From Actinomycetota bacterium (GTDB lineage Bacteria > Actinomycetota > UBA4738 > HRBIN12): a stretch of 60,113 nucleotides of DNA. A program made the position numbers and the translations under genes. Below the pieces are notes generated by a model. The model was not told the DNA's origin. It was given only the letters and a program-made list of their open reading frames with translations, and made no database searches. Positions 56,143-60,113 of the stretch are shown one piece after another (within the stretch, counting starts at the first letter, position 1; the number at the start of each line of letters is the position of its first letter). Where the stretch lies: assembly GCA_050692435.1 (NCBI GenBank), contig JBOGVG010000263.1, positions 1 to 60,113 of the forward strand. Reading direction: 5' to 3'.

Positions 56143-57123
56143 GTGCATGCGGGAATGCCGAGATCTTCCGATAGGCTGCCCCGCGTGGAGCTCCGGCACG
56201 GTCTCGATTCGCTGCCGCTGCGCGACGGCGGCACCGTGGCGACCGTCGGGTTCTTCGACGGCGTCCACCTCGGTCATCGGGCGGTGTTCGAACGGGTGGT
56301 CGAGGTGGCGGGGGACCGAGGGCTTGTATCCGCCGTCGTAACGTTCGACCGGCATCCCCGGGAGGTCCTGACGCCAGGACAGGAGCCCAGGCTCCTCACC
56401 ACTCTCGACCGCAAGGCGACCCTCATCGACGCGACCGGCGTCGACGCGATGGTGGTCTTGGAGTTCACCGAGGAGTTCTCCCGATGGCCGGCCGAGGAGT
56501 TCGTCCGGTGCGTCCTAGCGGACGGGCTGCGGGCCGGGCACGTCGTCGTGGGGGCGAACTTCACCTTCGGGCACAAAGCCATGGGCACGGTAGACACGCT
56601 TCGGGAGCTGGGGCCGAAGCACGGCTTCACGGCGGAGGAGGTACCCATCCTCGAGCTGGATGGCCGAACGACCTCCTCCTCGTCGATCCGGGAGGCCCTT
56701 TCGCGAGGCGACCTCTCGTGGCCCGCCCGAGCGCTGGGCCGCCGGTATGCCGTTGAGGGTACGGTCGTGGCCGGCGCCGGACGGGGGGCCGGCCTCGGGT
56801 TCCCCACGGCGAACCTGGAGACCTGGCCCAGGCTCCTCCTACCCGGCGCGGGCATCTACGCGGGCCGAGCGGGGATCGGCCACCCCGAACACGTCGCCGC
56901 GATCAGTGTGGGGACCAACCCCACCTTTGGCCATGAGCCACTCCACGTCGAGGCCTACCTCCTCGACTTCCACGGCGAGCTCCAAGGCGACGAGCTGTCG
57001 GTGGAGTTCTGGGCCCGGCTCCGCGACGAGCGGCGGTTCGATTCCCCAAGCGCTCTGGCCGAGGCCATGGCCGAGGACGTTCGGCGGACCCGCGAGCTCG
57101 TGCCGTCGCCGGAGGCGGCCTGA
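56143..57123 (+). CDS. ribF: Bifunctional riboflavin kinase / FMN adenylyltransferase
   Basis: VATVGFFDGVHLGHR, a C-terminal riboflavin kinase domain (PTANLE, GVY-type block IYAGRAG, EAYLLDF). The start could be ATG 56143 or GTG 56185. Confidence 0.9.
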   Translation: MHAGMPRSSDRLPRVELRHGLDSLPLRDGGTVATVGFFDGVHLGHRAVFERVVEVAGDRGLVSAVVTFDRHPREVLTPGQEPRLLTTLDRKATLIDATGVDAMVVLEFTEEFSRWPAEEFVRCVLADGLRAGHVVVGANFTFGHKAMGTVDTLRELGPKHGFTAEEVPILELDGRTTSSSSIREALSRGDLSWPARALGRRYAVEGTVVAGAGRGAGLGFPTANLETWPRLLLPGAGIYAGRAGIGHPEHVAAISVGTNPTFGHEPLHVEAYLLDFHGELQGDELSVEFWARLRDERRFDSPSALAEAMAEDVRRTRELVPSPEAA

Positions 57124-57370
57124 GGTGCCGGGTCGCCATCCCCGCCGCGAGAAGCCCAGCCGATGGACAACTACCGGCGCAGGCCCATCTTCTACGGGCT
57201 GGGGCAACTTCGTGTGGCCCCACCTGTCCGGGGAGGGCTCCCCCAGCGCCGTGAGCCGGGTCCGGGTGCCCCGCGAGGGCCGGTTCAGGGGCAGGCTCCC
57301 TCCCGCCCCCATCTTCTCCGACGGCGACCCGGTGCTCCGCTGACCGCTTCTGGTAGCCTTTTCCCTGGTC

Positions 57371-57640
57371 ATGGCGTTGACGACGGAATCGAAGTCCGAG
57401 CTCATCTCGGAGTACCGGAGGAACGAGGGCGACACCGGCTCGACCGACGTCCAGATCGCGGTGCTGTCAAAGCGCATCGCCGACCTCACCGAGCACCTCA
57501 AGACCCATCGCAAGGACCACCACTCCCGGCGCGGGCTGCTCCAGATGGTGGGTCGCCGTCGGCGACTGCTCGAATACTTGAGGCGCAAGGACATCGAGCG
57601 GTATCGGGAGCTCATCGCGCGCCTGGGGCTCAGGCGCTAG
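57371..57640 (+). CDS. rpsO: 30S ribosomal protein S15
   Basis: 89 aa. [51 protein letters not shown]. Confidence 0.95.
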   Translation: MALTTESKSELISEYRRNEGDTGSTDVQIAVLSKRIADLTEHLKTHRKDHHSRRGLLQMVGRRRRLLEYLRRKDIERYRELIARLGLRR

Positions 57641-57645
57641 GGATC

Positions 57646-57673
57646 GAAGGGCGGCGGGGCCGCCCTTCTTCGT
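57646..57673 (+). terminator. rpsO terminator hairpin
   Basis: GAAGGGCGGC-GGG-GCCGCCCTTC, a perfect 10-bp stem, followed by TTCGT. Begins 6 nt after the rpsO stop. Confidence 0.65.
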
Positions 57674-57705
57674 AGGGGGGATGCGCGAAGGAACGACCGG
57701 ACCGG

Positions 57706-57837
57706 CGAGGAGGGGAGGATCTCGCGTCGGTTATCAGTAGCGAGCCCCCGGTCCCCCGGAGGCTCACCACTGACAACTGGCCGAACCTCCCCGCCTCGAG
57801 AGACACACTGCGGTTGCCCGCACGCGCACGCGTGCGG
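57706..57837 (+). promoter_or_regulatory. Structured pnp 5' leader (long-range helix plus proximal hairpin)
   Basis: CGAGGAGGGGAGG (57706-57718) pairs with CCTCCCCGCCTCG (57786-57798) at 12 of 13 positions. Second hairpin CCGCACGC-GCAC-GCGTGCGG at 57818-57837. The pnp SD AAGGAGGAAGG follows. Confidence 0.4.
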
Positions 57838-57860
57838 CTCGTTGCGAAGGAGGAAGGCCA

Positions 57861-60113
<2,253 letters not shown>

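Noticed and set aside
57163-57675. 170-aa ORF spanning the ribF-rpsO spacer and overlapping rpsO in another frame
   Set aside because: It overlaps the unambiguous S15 gene and the rpsO terminator, and the translation is R/P/G-rich with no SD.

Overview
High-GC (about 68-70% by eye) window that reads as one long, very compact stretch of the conserved Actinomycetota housekeeping backbone. Gene order: rpmB | recG, rsmD-coaD-(SepIVA-like)-yceD-rpmF-rnc-mutM, acyP-smc-ftsY-(receiver)-ffh-rpsP-KH-rimM-trmD-rplS-lepB-rnhB-DUF2469-yraN-yifB-dprA, xerC-whiG-M23-PQQ-membrane protein, rpsB-tsf-pyrH-frr-cdsA-dxr-rseP, a two-component pair plus yjbQ, ispG, trpG/trpE (minus strand), proS, rimP-nusA-ylxR-infB-DUF503-rbfA-nrnA-truB, a 5-gene membrane/lipid-type insert, then ribF-rpsO-pnp. 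I call 66 CDS, mostly on the + strand, many joined by 1-4 nt stop/start overlaps (ATGA, GTGA, TGATG). I saw no rRNA, tRNA, CRISPR array, transposase, phage gene or recognisable defence gene. I cannot honestly point to a convincing new multi-gene system here. The least ordinary items are: (1) the minus-strand cluster at 52.2-56.1 kb (orphan OpuAC-type binding protein, degenerate-PAP2/kinase-like fusion, Cys-rich lipoprotein, canonical PAP2), which interrupts the normally conserved truB-ribF linkage; (2) a textbook-looking Trp-codon leader peptide plus terminator attenuator in front of an isolated trpEG pair; (3) a terminator-like hairpin that all rimP-nusA-infB transcripts must read through; (4) an Fpg/MutM whose start codon sits where the catalytic N-terminal proline codon should be; (5) a CheY-like receiver wedged between ftsY and ffh; (6) two neighbouring genes whose best-placed Shine-Dalgarno sequences point at CTG codons; (7) many genes with a TANNNT hexamer 6-13 nt upstream of the start codon and no SD, which suggests leaderless mRNAs. 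All product calls rest on motifs I recognise by eye in the supplied translations and on remembered actinobacterial synteny. No database search was run. Most of the long alternative-frame and antisense ORFs in the track are high-GC artefacts.
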